A DNA stretch of 45,654 nt from a bacterium (GTDB taxonomy: Bacteria; Patescibacteriota; Microgenomatia; JAUYPR01): positions 1 to 45,654 of the forward strand of contig JAUYPR010000055.1 in the NCBI GenBank assembly GCA_030695785.1. Direction: 5' to 3'. The notes below the pieces were generated by a model. That model had not been told where the DNA came from. It ran no database searches and was given only the letters and a program-made list of their open reading frames with translations. This document shows positions 36,393-45,251 of the stretch, piece by piece. The number at the start of each line of letters is the position of its first letter. The stretch's first letter is position 1. The position numbers and the translations under genes were made by a program.

Positions 36393-36719
36393 ATGCTTCT
36401 TGCGCAACTTTTTCCTTGGGGCAGTTGTGTCCAAGGCGATGTGGCCACGCTTGCCTGTGGAGGTGTTGTGGTCATTCGCATCCTTCAGCTCGTCGGGTCG
36501 CTGGCGCTTCTTGTCTTTTTCATCATGGCGCTTTTTGCCGGGTTTCAGTTGATGACCTCTGGAGGCGACGCAAAGGCCGTAGAAAAGGCCAGGGGCACGC
36601 TCACGCATGCTGTGATTGGTCTGGTCGCATTAGTTGTCGCGTTCTTGATTCTCCAGCTCATTGATACAGTCGCCTTCAAAGGAACGGGGATTTCCATCCT
36701 CAACTTTAGCCTTCCATGA
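36393..36719 (+). CDS. VirB2/TrbC-like pilin 6
   Basis: CVQGDVATLAC, GFQLMTSGGDAKAVEKARGTLTHAVIGL. Confidence 0.85.
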   Translation: MLLAQLFPWGSCVQGDVATLACGGVVVIRILQLVGSLALLVFFIMALFAGFQLMTSGGDAKAVEKARGTLTHAVIGLVALVVAFLILQLIDTVAFKGTGISILNFSLP

Positions 36720-37381
36720 ACAAGTGGATCGTCGCTTTTCTTCTCCTTACAGCTTCTGGCTTACTGCTTATAGCTCCCTCAATACTCCTCGCCCAATCCG
36801 ACCCAACTCTTCATGCCTGCACAAAGGATCAGGCGGATGGGAAAGTCTATGACGATGCAGGGTGGAACCAAGATCTGAAATGCAGAATGGGCAAATTTTA
36901 CCGATATCAAAGTTATGATGCTGTTAATGATAAGTATTACTGTATTCTCTCAGAACCTATTCCAGTTGATTGCAGCTCCGCACCCGTGCCGACAGCGGCC
37001 ACTCCCTCTCCTTCCCCATCGTCAACCTCATCTGCAACGCCATCTGCGCTCCCAATAAGCGGCTTGTCGTTCCAAGAAGAAGGGCGATTAAACCTTGCGG
37101 TCAGAAGGCTTACCCCTTCAGGGTTTTCTCTGCCAACCAGCGGGTGTCAGCTTCCAATGTTGAACGCGTATATTGGTGCGGCCGAAAGCGTTGAATGCCC
37201 TGGGGGAAATGCGGTGCAGAACGCAATGTCCAATGCGTCCTTAAAGTTTGCCCAAGCAGTGTTGCCCCCCAACCAATTCCTTGCCTCAAAGCCTCCAGAG
37301 AACCAAAACCTTCTTGAAAGATTCCGTCACTGGCTGTTTCGTACCCTTGTAAGCAAGGCCTTTGGGATCGGTGGCTCTTGA
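36716..37381 (+). CDS. Secreted Cys-containing protein with Pro/Ser/Thr linker
   Basis: Signal peptide, 6 Cys, PVPTAATPSPSPSSTSSATPS; ATGA-coupled to pilin 6. Confidence 0.72.
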   Translation: MNKWIVAFLLLTASGLLLIAPSILLAQSDPTLHACTKDQADGKVYDDAGWNQDLKCRMGKFYRYQSYDAVNDKYYCILSEPIPVDCSSAPVPTAATPSPSPSSTSSATPSALPISGLSFQEEGRLNLAVRRLTPSGFSLPTSGCQLPMLNAYIGAAESVECPGGNAVQNAMSNASLKFAQAVLPPNQFLASKPPENQNLLERFRHWLFRTLVSKAFGIGGS

Positions 37382-37414
37382 TAAACAACAAGCGCTATGC
37401 TATTATTACAGTGT

Positions 37415-37654
37415 ATGAAAATTACACGCAGTACTGAAGTTGTTTCCGTATCTCTCCCCGCCCCGCTTTTACGCAAGCTTGACCAAGAAAGCAAGGAGGA
37501 GGGTCGGTCACGAAGTAATTTCATAAAAAATCTCCTCGTGCAATATCTGGAAAACAAACGATGGGAACACATCTATCGACGAGGCACAGAAACAGCACAA
37601 AAATTTAACCTCACTTCTGAGGACGATCTAGATCGTATCCTCCACAATGCGTAA
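37415..37654 (+). CDS. CopG/RHH antitoxin
   Basis: VVSVSLPAPLLRKLDQESKEEGRSRSNFIKNLL..LTSEDDLDRIL. Confidence 0.85.
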   Translation: MKITRSTEVVSVSLPAPLLRKLDQESKEEGRSRSNFIKNLLVQYLENKRWEHIYRRGTETAQKFNLTSEDDLDRILHNA

Positions 37655-38066
37655 ATCTCTTCCTTGCCGCGTTGTACTTGATACAAACGTTTTATTATCT
37701 GCGATTCTCTTCGGTGGTTACCCACGAACAATTCTTGAGTCTGCAAAGAAGCGTGATCTTCACCTGGTGACAAGCAAAGCATTACTTCTTGAGGCCGCAA
37801 ACGTCTTGTCAAAAAAATTCGCATGGAGTTCGTCTGATATCCAAGATGTCGTGCAAGGAGTTGATGTCTTTGCTGAAGTTATCGCTACGCATTCAAAACT
37901 CCGAGTGATCAAAAACGACCCGAGCGACAATATGGTACTGGAGTGTGCGCTGGATGGTAGAGCTGAAGTAATTATTTCCGGAGATAAACGCCACGTGCTC
38001 CCACTCAAAAGGTTTCGGAATATTCCCATTCTTTCTCCTGCAACATTTGTCAGAAAATATCTATAA
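37647..38066 (+). CDS. PIN-family putative toxin
   Basis: VVLDTNVLLSA, DPSDNMVLECALDGRAEVIISGDKRHVL. Confidence 0.9.
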   Translation: MRKSLPCRVVLDTNVLLSAILFGGYPRTILESAKKRDLHLVTSKALLLEAANVLSKKFAWSSSDIQDVVQGVDVFAEVIATHSKLRVIKNDPSDNMVLECALDGRAEVIISGDKRHVLPLKRFRNIPILSPATFVRKYL

Positions 38067-38146
38067 AATGTTTCCTTTCTCGCCTTTATTGACAGAGCCT
38101 TTGGGATTGGTGGCTAAACCCCAGCAGATTCTGTTATAATTCACGT

Positions 38147-41100
38147 ATGGCAGTTCCAGAAGGTCTACCAAACGGCAATGGCCCTGAGAATGAACCAATC
38201 TCTCCTCCCAAACCCGAGGCGGGTGGCGAACAGCAGTCATCATCTAAACGAAAAGCTCTTCAAGCAGAAACGTCCGATCAGAATCAAAAAACTAAATCGA
38301 CTAGCCCTGAAATAACTCCCCGACCAACGAAACAATCGAAAGAGAAAAAACCGCATGAAGAAGAATTAAAAAAAGGATTACTCGAAAAACTCCTTCAGCT
38401 CTTCAATATTAAATTGCCTGCTAGTAAAACTGGAATGGCGATTGGTGATTTTCAAGAGGCTCTCACATCAAAATTTGAAGCCAAGGGCATTAAACCTGGA
38501 ACAAAAACCTACGCCGAAGCCTTCATTGATGCGGGGAGGAAAATTCGTTCTCTTGAGAGAAACTCTGAGATTTCACAACAAGAAGCAAATTCAATAAATC
38601 ATGCGCTTGCAAGAGAAGCGTATGAGACTTTTCTTACATTAAGAGAAAGCGGAGGTGTTTCGGTATCAGAAATCGATGATTTAGAAGCTCAACTTGGATT
38701 AATCGAGAAGCCATTGGCGGGTGCTAGTCAACCGCCAACTGACCGTCTCAAACAACCCACGCCTGTAGATTTTGCGACTGATTATATACCTACAAATCTT
38801 GCAGGAAACAGTGACCTTATAGTATTAGCGGATAAGCTTCGTAATATACCTGCAACGGATCTCAGCCCGGGTAGAGTAGTTCTCCTCTATCAGGAGCTAA
38901 AAAATATTATAGACCAGTTGCCAACAAAGTTCAATCCTTCCACGCAATCGAAGGAATATTACGAAAATACCAAAGCAGCCTTTGACTTTCTTGCTAGTCT
39001 CAAGCTACTTACTGAAACACAGGCGGTCAGATATCTTCATTTATCACCCAACCACAAACTCGCATCATACGATAAGGAACTTATTCACAACCTTATCCCC
39101 GAGCTCACCCGCATGGTGGATCAAATTGAAGCCGGTATCCAGGGGCGACAATCACCTTACGGATTATCTGAATTTGAACAGAGAATTATTATTAATGGTC
39201 AAGGTCGTCTTGATGGAGAGCAGATGACAAGGGCAGAGCTATTCGCAAGGTTTTTCGGGGTTGCTAATGTGCTACCCGGTATGGATTTTCGATCTACTCT
39301 TTCCTATGAAGATACGGTTCGTATAAACTCATTTATTGCAACTTTACGATTCGCCACCAAAGATAGTTTTGCTATTGAGGGTCTCTCGAATTCAAATTAC
39401 AAAATGCTCATGGAATACTACGCGACAGAGTATCAGATCCGCGAACTCTTCCACAATGCAAACTATTTAACAAGAGCAAACGGAAAGCCCGAGGATCTTG
39501 CGAAATATCTTAATCCATTCCGTGGTGAATTCCTTGATTTCATTTTGAATAAGAAGCGAGAACAGTTTGTTGGAGTGAGCGATGTGATCAAAATGTTTGA
39601 AACCTCAATGCAAGAGATTTTACATCAAAATGCAGGGAGTTCACCAATGTACACAGAAATGGTGACTGATTACGACGAAGGGAGAGAATCCATCCTCGAA
39701 CATCGTGTCCGAAAAAAACTAGATCAACATCTAAAAATGCGCCTCATTCATGATGCTGACGGACGACCCGTACTTGAACTACCAGATTGGCAAAAAGAAC
39801 AAATTATTGGATTTGCACGCGGTTTTCATATTGTTACACTCCGTTTCGTCGAAATTGTCGCTGAAAACAGACTTCCTGCGGGACGGTTGAGACTCTTAGG
39901 AAGTCTTTATGGACATGAAATTGCACGTATCCTAGACCCGCTTGAACAGTTTATTGAGAAATACCAGGTTGCGAAAAAAGGTCCAGCGGCGATTCTTTCC
40001 TATGACATAAAGCAAAAACATGATAGCTTCTTTGGTTTTTTCCCAACATGGAATCCAAATAAGTTACTCGCAGATTTGGATAAAGTTGCGCCGGGAGATT
40101 CCCAACGAATCATGGATCTCTTGAACTTTATGCGTATCGGCGGTCCGTTTATGTCTGCCTGGAGAGCACATAATATCTCCGAACATATTCCAGATCACCT
40201 CCGAGGTGTTGGCCTGCGCCTCGGACTTTTGAGTCATGATGTATGGAATGAGATGGAAAAAAGCCATCAGAAGAACGAACAGCAACAAAAGATGTCGGAC
40301 AACGAGTGGCACAACGAGTGGGAGAGATTGAAAAAAGATAAAGGACTTGAACACATTCACGATGAGCGTGTCGCACAGCGGAAACGTGATATCTGGAGAG
40401 ATGCAAGTCGCTACCTTCCAAGAAGGGTTGCTTGGACTGATACAGACCCGAATTTTCGTCTCGAGACAATTGCGAAAACGCTCGGACTTTGGCAAGAAGT
40501 TAAAAACAATCGAAATCTATGGCAAGGAAATGACCAGCTAAGACAACACGAAGTTGAAGAATTCCTTCGACAACAAAGTATTATCAACTCGAGTCTGGGG
40601 GGAATAGAGGATAATAATTTACTTCAACAGTTAGAGAATGATCTAGAGATTGTTCAAGAGAAACTTATTCAAGGCTGGGATCACACCGGAAACCGCAAAA
40701 ATGATCAATATAAAGATATTTTTGATCTCCTCGCAAAGGAACCAAATTTTCTTGATGGTGATAAGGCGCGCTGTCAACGAGTACTGGAATTTGCACTAAG
40801 AGTTCGGACACGGTTTGATATTAATACCATCGATAAAAAACTCCAAAAGCTCAATCCCATCCTTATTGGTGCAGATATCTCTCAATCGTTTCTAGAGCAG
40901 GTTCGTGAAGAAATCAAGCAGGATCAGAATGCCGCGAGAAACAAGTATGGAAATAATCCGTTTTTTCAAGAAATTGCTAACATGGACGATGAAGCCGCAA
41001 AAAAGTGTCTTGAAGATGCGACGAAGCATCTGATTGACTTTGCAAAGCAAGAGCGTTCTTCCATCCTTGGTTTTGAAGACATGCCGTTTGATCAATTCCG

Positions 41101-41662
41101 ATTTATTGAAGCCGGAGGGAGTGGATTTATTGCCCGACGTATGAATGATTTCATGCATGCAGCACAAGCTGTCGTGGAATTAGTTAACCTCTTAAATGAT
41201 TTGCCCACATATCATGACGAAAGGCAAATCCTCGGCCAGCTCTATAAAATTAAATCGGGTGTTGAGGGTTACGACTCGACACATGCAGAGAAAGTTATGA
41301 AACAACTTATTACAGGTATCTCCAAGTATTATGCACGAGGAGGATGGTCAGCCGCCCCAGAACCAATTGGTTTTGTTGTCCGACTGTTCGGACGCTCGTC
41401 TGCGGCGCAAAGAAGACAAGGTCCAGAGGCGTTCAATTGGGATGAAACGGGAACTCGAAATTTCCTTACCGCCGCATGGAATATGCATCTTTTAGATAAA
41501 AAAGGGTTCCAGGAACTTTCTCGAGATCTTCATGCTGATAAACGAGCATTATTTGAAAAATACTTTCGAATTTTTGGACCATTAGCTTTTGTCATCCTTC
41601 TTCCTCTGTTTTTTGAGGAGTACCAAAAATATAATCAAAAAGCAGAGGCTTCAGTAAGGTAG
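38147..41662 (+). CDS. 1171-aa protein of unknown function, with a C-terminal hydrophobic segment
   Basis: Long uninterrupted ORF; low-complexity N-terminus; no signal peptide; FRIFGPLAFVILLPLFF near the C-end; TGtTATAAT 6 nt before ATG. Confidence 0.85.
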   Translation: MAVPEGLPNGNGPENEPISPPKPEAGGEQQSSSKRKALQAETSDQNQKTKSTSPEITPRPTKQSKEKKPHEEELKKGLLEKLLQLFNIKLPASKTGMAIGDFQEALTSKFEAKGIKPGTKTYAEAFIDAGRKIRSLERNSEISQQEANSINHALAREAYETFLTLRESGGVSVSEIDDLEAQLGLIEKPLAGASQPPTDRLKQPTPVDFATDYIPTNLAGNSDLIVLADKLRNIPATDLSPGRVVLLYQELKNIIDQLPTKFNPSTQSKEYYENTKAAFDFLASLKLLTETQAVRYLHLSPNHKLASYDKELIHNLIPELTRMVDQIEAGIQGRQSPYGLSEFEQRIIINGQGRLDGEQMTRAELFARFFGVANVLPGMDFRSTLSYEDTVRINSFIATLRFATKDSFAIEGLSNSNYKMLMEYYATEYQIRELFHNANYLTRANGKPEDLAKYLNPFRGEFLDFILNKKREQFVGVSDVIKMFETSMQEILHQNAGSSPMYTEMVTDYDEGRESILEHRVRKKLDQHLKMRLIHDADGRPVLELPDWQKEQIIGFARGFHIVTLRFVEIVAENRLPAGRLRLLGSLYGHEIARILDPLEQFIEKYQVAKKGPAAILSYDIKQKHDSFFGFFPTWNPNKLLADLDKVAPGDSQRIMDLLNFMRIGGPFMSAWRAHNISEHIPDHLRGVGLRLGLLSHDVWNEMEKSHQKNEQQQKMSDNEWHNEWERLKKDKGLEHIHDERVAQRKRDIWRDASRYLPRRVAWTDTDPNFRLETIAKTLGLWQEVKNNRNLWQGNDQLRQHEVEEFLRQQSIINSSLGGIEDNNLLQQLENDLEIVQEKLIQGWDHTGNRKNDQYKDIFDLLAKEPNFLDGDKARCQRVLEFALRVRTRFDINTIDKKLQKLNPILIGADISQSFLEQVREEIKQDQNAARNKYGNNPFFQEIANMDDEAAKKCLEDATKHLIDFAKQERSSILGFEDMPFDQFRFIEAGGSGFIARRMNDFMHAAQAVVELVNLLNDLPTYHDERQILGQLYKIKSGVEGYDSTHAEKVMKQLITGISKYYARGGWSAAPEPIGFVVRLFGRSSAAQRRQGPEAFNWDETGTRNFLTAAWNMHLLDKKGFQELSRDLHADKRALFEKYFRIFGPLAFVILLPLFFEEYQKYNQKAEASVR

Positions 41663-41680
41663 ATTGAGCTTTTATGTCAA

Positions 41681-43093
41681 TTAGGACTTTTGTTCCGGCG
41701 GTTGAGCTGTTGGAGCTGGTTGCGGTTTATTTCCACTGAAACGGTCCCTCAAATATCCAATTGGTCCTCGCTGTGCCATACCAAGGGCAACGCTCTGCGT
41801 CCATATTGAGAACGGGAATCTGACAGCGGTCGCCATTGGAGCAACGCCAGCCCCGACGCCTGCGCTAATCACCCCGCCATACTTAAACTCTGGGCTCTTG
41901 AAGGCGTCTTTCGTCATCTTCACCACTGCGGGGGTGAGGAACACAAAACCTAATCCAATCAAAGCCGCGACTTCATTTTGCCCATAGCCAGCGCCAATCA
42001 TAGGCGCCACCCACCCTTGTCCGGCATTCGTACCACCAGCCGAGAAGACGGCTTGATTCATAAATGCAGAACTCAAAATAAACATCCCCGCCGCAGTGGG
42101 AAATGCCGCCAGATTCCCGATCATATGCCGAAGCCACCCCCCAAACCCAAGGTTCCCGAGGTTTAAGGGCAACCCACCGAGCATAATCCAAAACGGCGCG
42201 AACACCACCCCAAGGATAATTTGGATGTACGCCATAAGCAACGTGAAGAACAACCTGAACATGACAAACACAAGACCAATGGCAATAACGAGCCACGCAA
42301 TAATGGAAAGCACGCTTCCCCCAAATCCTGCAAGGAATGGTGCCCCACCAAAAATTCCTGTTGCAATCGTATAAATTGCCTGTGCAGGCGCAGACGGCCC
42401 AATGCCGCTTCCCGCCCATAATGTAAACGGCGTTTCAGATTGAAAATCATTCCGGATATGCCCCGCAAAAGTCTCCATTCCAGGAATGCTCTGGAAGATA
42501 TTGAAGAAAAGGAACGACACCACATACATCACGTCAATCAAAAATCCAGCGATGGCAAACGAGAACGTGACCAGCAAAAGCGCAAGAATGATGCGTGGTA
42601 ATGAGTTTTGTATAGTTACCACGGTCCGCGGATCAATCCGGAACCGGAACATCACTAAAAATCCAACCGCGAGAAAGATCATCACGAAGAAAATGTAGGC
42701 AATATTCCGAAAGACCTTCCAAATATGGATGATCTGTTGCAATCCCTGAAAACCTGTGCCTTGCGCGTATGCGCTTGGCACCCCCATTCCATTCAACACA
42801 TCCGCCAAATAGGTTTGCGTTGAGGCGGCTGGATTTGTATACATGGCCGTCATTGCACCACCTAAACCCTGCACAGCCCCAAGTTCCCGCCCATCGGTTG
42901 TCCCAATTGCCATGGTTCCAGCTTTCAACATTAAATACTCTACGCTTGTTGATGACCAGTTCGCGAAATTCACACCATCTTTCGCGCGTTGGCTCTCATA
43001 ATCTTTAATCGGGTCAAAAACCTGCTGCGCACCTACCGGAAACGCGAGGGCGGAGAGGAGGAAGATGGTGATGAGGATGAAAAGTCGGCGCAT
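41681..43093 (-). CDS. Polytopic membrane protein, VirB6/TrbL-like
   Basis: Signal peptide; WKVFRNIAYIFFV..SLPRIILALLLVTFSFAIAGFLID; LLMAYIQIILGVVFAPF..WLRHMIGN; Gly-rich tail; T4SS context. Confidence 0.65.
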   Translation of the reverse strand: MRRLFILITIFLLSALAFPVGAQQVFDPIKDYESQRAKDGVNFANWSSTSVEYLMLKAGTMAIGTTDGRELGAVQGLGGAMTAMYTNPAASTQTYLADVLNGMGVPSAYAQGTGFQGLQQIIHIWKVFRNIAYIFFVMIFLAVGFLVMFRFRIDPRTVVTIQNSLPRIILALLLVTFSFAIAGFLIDVMYVVSFLFFNIFQSIPGMETFAGHIRNDFQSETPFTLWAGSGIGPSAPAQAIYTIATGIFGGAPFLAGFGGSVLSIIAWLVIAIGLVFVMFRLFFTLLMAYIQIILGVVFAPFWIMLGGLPLNLGNLGFGGWLRHMIGNLAAFPTAAGMFILSSAFMNQAVFSAGGTNAGQGWVAPMIGAGYGQNEVAALIGLGFVFLTPAVVKMTKDAFKSPEFKYGGVISAGVGAGVAPMATAVRFPFSIWTQSVALGMAQRGPIGYLRDRFSGNKPQPAPTAQPPEQKS

Positions 43094-43166
43094 AATTTGA
43101 TGATAGTGAAACCTGGGAGGAATGTCAAATGTTCACATTGGGGTTAGTAACTGGTAACATGGATCT

Positions 43167-44411
43167 ATGACCCAACATCCCATTCCGCGCGATATCGCAT
43201 CATTCAAGTTCAAACTCGTCGGCAATATGACAGTCAGCCAATTTGCCATGCTTTCTGGCTGGATCATTGTGGCCTATGCCCTCTATCTCACCCCGCTCCC
43301 CAACCCCATCAAGCTCCCCTTTGTGCTGCTCGCAACTTTTCTTGCATTCGCGTTCCCATTTCTCCCGATTGAAGAACGGCCGCTGCATCATTGGATCCTT
43401 GCATTTCTGAAAGCCGCGTTTTTTACTGAATTGCGCCGCGTGTGGAAAAAGGCGGCCGCTGCCGACGATTTGTTTGCACTGCCTCTAAACCGGCTTGCGC
43501 CGGTCATCGCAAAACAGACAATATCTCCACCTGTATCAACAGAAACACCTCCACCATCAACAGTCACAATGCAGGGAGTTCAAACAACGGTTCAAACCGC
43601 ACCCACGATACCGCCTTCTTTGACACCAACACCTTCTATGACGATTCCTCCGATTCCTCCGCAGCCACAACCGATATTCATACCGAGACCACAGACATCT
43701 CCTCCACCTATCCCAACTGATCGAACCCAAAAAACCGCGCAGGAAATTATCCAAGAGGCGTCACTCACCCACATGGTCAAGACCGGTGACGATCGAAGCG
43801 ATATACTCCACACACAAAACGCGCACCTTGAAAAAATCATCCAAAAACTCGAAACTGACCTCGGAGATGTACGCAATCAGCAACAGCAATCGTTTCAGCA
43901 AAAAACAGCGCTCACGGACACGGTCACGCTTCTCCAGCAGCAATTGGCTGGCGCGATTGGTCAGCGGGAACATTTGAATCGCCAGCTCTATAGTTTGCAG
44001 GAATCCCCCCGGCCTTTGGCTGGAACCGCCGCAACTTCGACTCCACAGCGCGTGGTCATTATGCAGCCGCAACCGTCCATGTCAATGCCAAAACCTGCAG
44101 TGCCATCCACAATGCCCGCCCAACCATCGGGTGTGCTCCCACAACTCACCACCATTCCGAACGCCATCAACGGCATTGTCCGCGGAAAACAAAGCGAGTT
44201 TTTATCCGACGTCATTGTCGTGATTAAAGATCAAGCAGGACTGCCGGCTCGTGCGTTAAAAACCAATCGCCTTGGGCAATTTGTTGTCTCGACGCCGCTC
44301 CCGAACGGCACCTACTTCGTCGAGCTTGAAAAAGAAGGCTATACCTTTGATACAATTGAAGTGCAAGTGACCGGAAGAGTCTTAGGGCCAATCACCATTC
44401 AAGTGCGGTGA
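43167..44411 (+). CDS. PrgI-family protein with Pro-rich linker, coiled coil and C-terminal carboxypeptidase-regulatory-like beta domain
   Basis: QHPIPRDIASFKFKLVGNMTVSQF, 2 TM, PIEERPLHHW; INGIVRG..RALKTNRLGQF..LPNGTYFVELEKEG. Confidence 0.82.
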   Translation: MTQHPIPRDIASFKFKLVGNMTVSQFAMLSGWIIVAYALYLTPLPNPIKLPFVLLATFLAFAFPFLPIEERPLHHWILAFLKAAFFTELRRVWKKAAAADDLFALPLNRLAPVIAKQTISPPVSTETPPPSTVTMQGVQTTVQTAPTIPPSLTPTPSMTIPPIPPQPQPIFIPRPQTSPPPIPTDRTQKTAQEIIQEASLTHMVKTGDDRSDILHTQNAHLEKIIQKLETDLGDVRNQQQQSFQQKTALTDTVTLLQQQLAGAIGQREHLNRQLYSLQESPRPLAGTAATSTPQRVVIMQPQPSMSMPKPAVPSTMPAQPSGVLPQLTTIPNAINGIVRGKQSEFLSDVIVVIKDQAGLPARALKTNRLGQFVVSTPLPNGTYFVELEKEGYTFDTIEVQVTGRVLGPITIQVR

Positions 44412-44423
44412 GGATATTCCCTT

Positions 44424-45251
44424 ATGAGCACGCCTATTCGCGCCAGCACGCAAGAACATTTGGATATTGATGATGTCCGGGATCATCTCGTCCTCTTAAA
44501 AGACGGAGGTGCGGCCCTCGTTTTACAAACCACGGCCGTCAATTTTGGCTTGCTCTCGGAAACCGAGCAAGATGCCATGATGGTTGCCTTTGCAGCCACG
44601 TTAAATTCCCTCTCATTCCCGATCCAAATCGTCATCCGAAGTAAAAAATATGACATCACCACTTATATTGAGCGCCTGCGGCAAGCGGAACTCCGACAGC
44701 AAAACCCAAAATTCCGGAATCAAATGACACACTACCGCGCGTTTGTGGAATCCACCATCCAAGAAAACAATGTGCTGGACAAGCGATTTTATATCGTCAT
44801 TCCATTTTCGCCCATTGAGCTTGGCCTTGGATCAACCTTTGGGATCTTTAGCAGCCGCAAAATTCCGTATTCAAAAACATACATTCTGGAAAAAGCGAAG
44901 ACCGCACTATTCCCACGCCGCGATCATCTCCTGCGTCAACTCGGTCGCGTTGGGCTCAAAGGAACACAGTTGTCGACTGAACAACTCATTTCCTTGTATC
45001 ATGACATTTACAACCCAGACACGCCGCGCGGGCAACACGTGGGAACGCAAATTGATTCATTCACCGCACCGCTCGTCCAACGATCTGGTGCAGAACCACC
45101 TCCGCCGGTAAAAGAAGAGGTGCCGGTCGGTCAACCAATCATACAGCCGCAACCAACAAAACCCGCCATGCCGCCAACCCCAGACGCAATCCGCCATACC
45201 TTGACCCAGCTTGACTCTGCCATTCAGCGCCTGCGGGGAGGAAACATATGA
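44424..45251 (+). CDS. Conserved T4SS-associated protein preceding VirB4
   Basis: STQEHLDIDDVRDHLVLLKDG..VNFGLLSETEQDA..LNSLSFPIQI..KRFYIVIPF. Confidence 0.75.
   Translation: MSTPIRASTQEHLDIDDVRDHLVLLKDGGAALVLQTTAVNFGLLSETEQDAMMVAFAATLNSLSFPIQIVIRSKKYDITTYIERLRQAELRQQNPKFRNQMTHYRAFVESTIQENNVLDKRFYIVIPFSPIELGLGSTFGIFSSRKIPYSKTYILEKAKTALFPRRDHLLRQLGRVGLKGTQLSTEQLISLYHDIYNPDTPRGQHVGTQIDSFTAPLVQRSGAEPPPPVKEEVPVGQPIIQPQPTKPAMPPTPDAIRHTLTQLDSAIQRLRGGNI

Larger units (their letters stand above)
37358..38115. mobile_element. Toxin-antitoxin cassette bounded by 19-bp direct repeats
   Basis: GCCTTTGGGATCGGTGGCT (37358-37376) vs GCCTTTGGGATTGGTGGCT (38097-38115), 18/19 identical. Confidence 0.6.

Noticed and set aside
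32883..36719. Type IV (PilA-type) pilins
   Set aside because: No class III prepilin G/FxxxE motif; the two-TM hairpin with S.GD loop fits VirB2/TrbC-type pilins.
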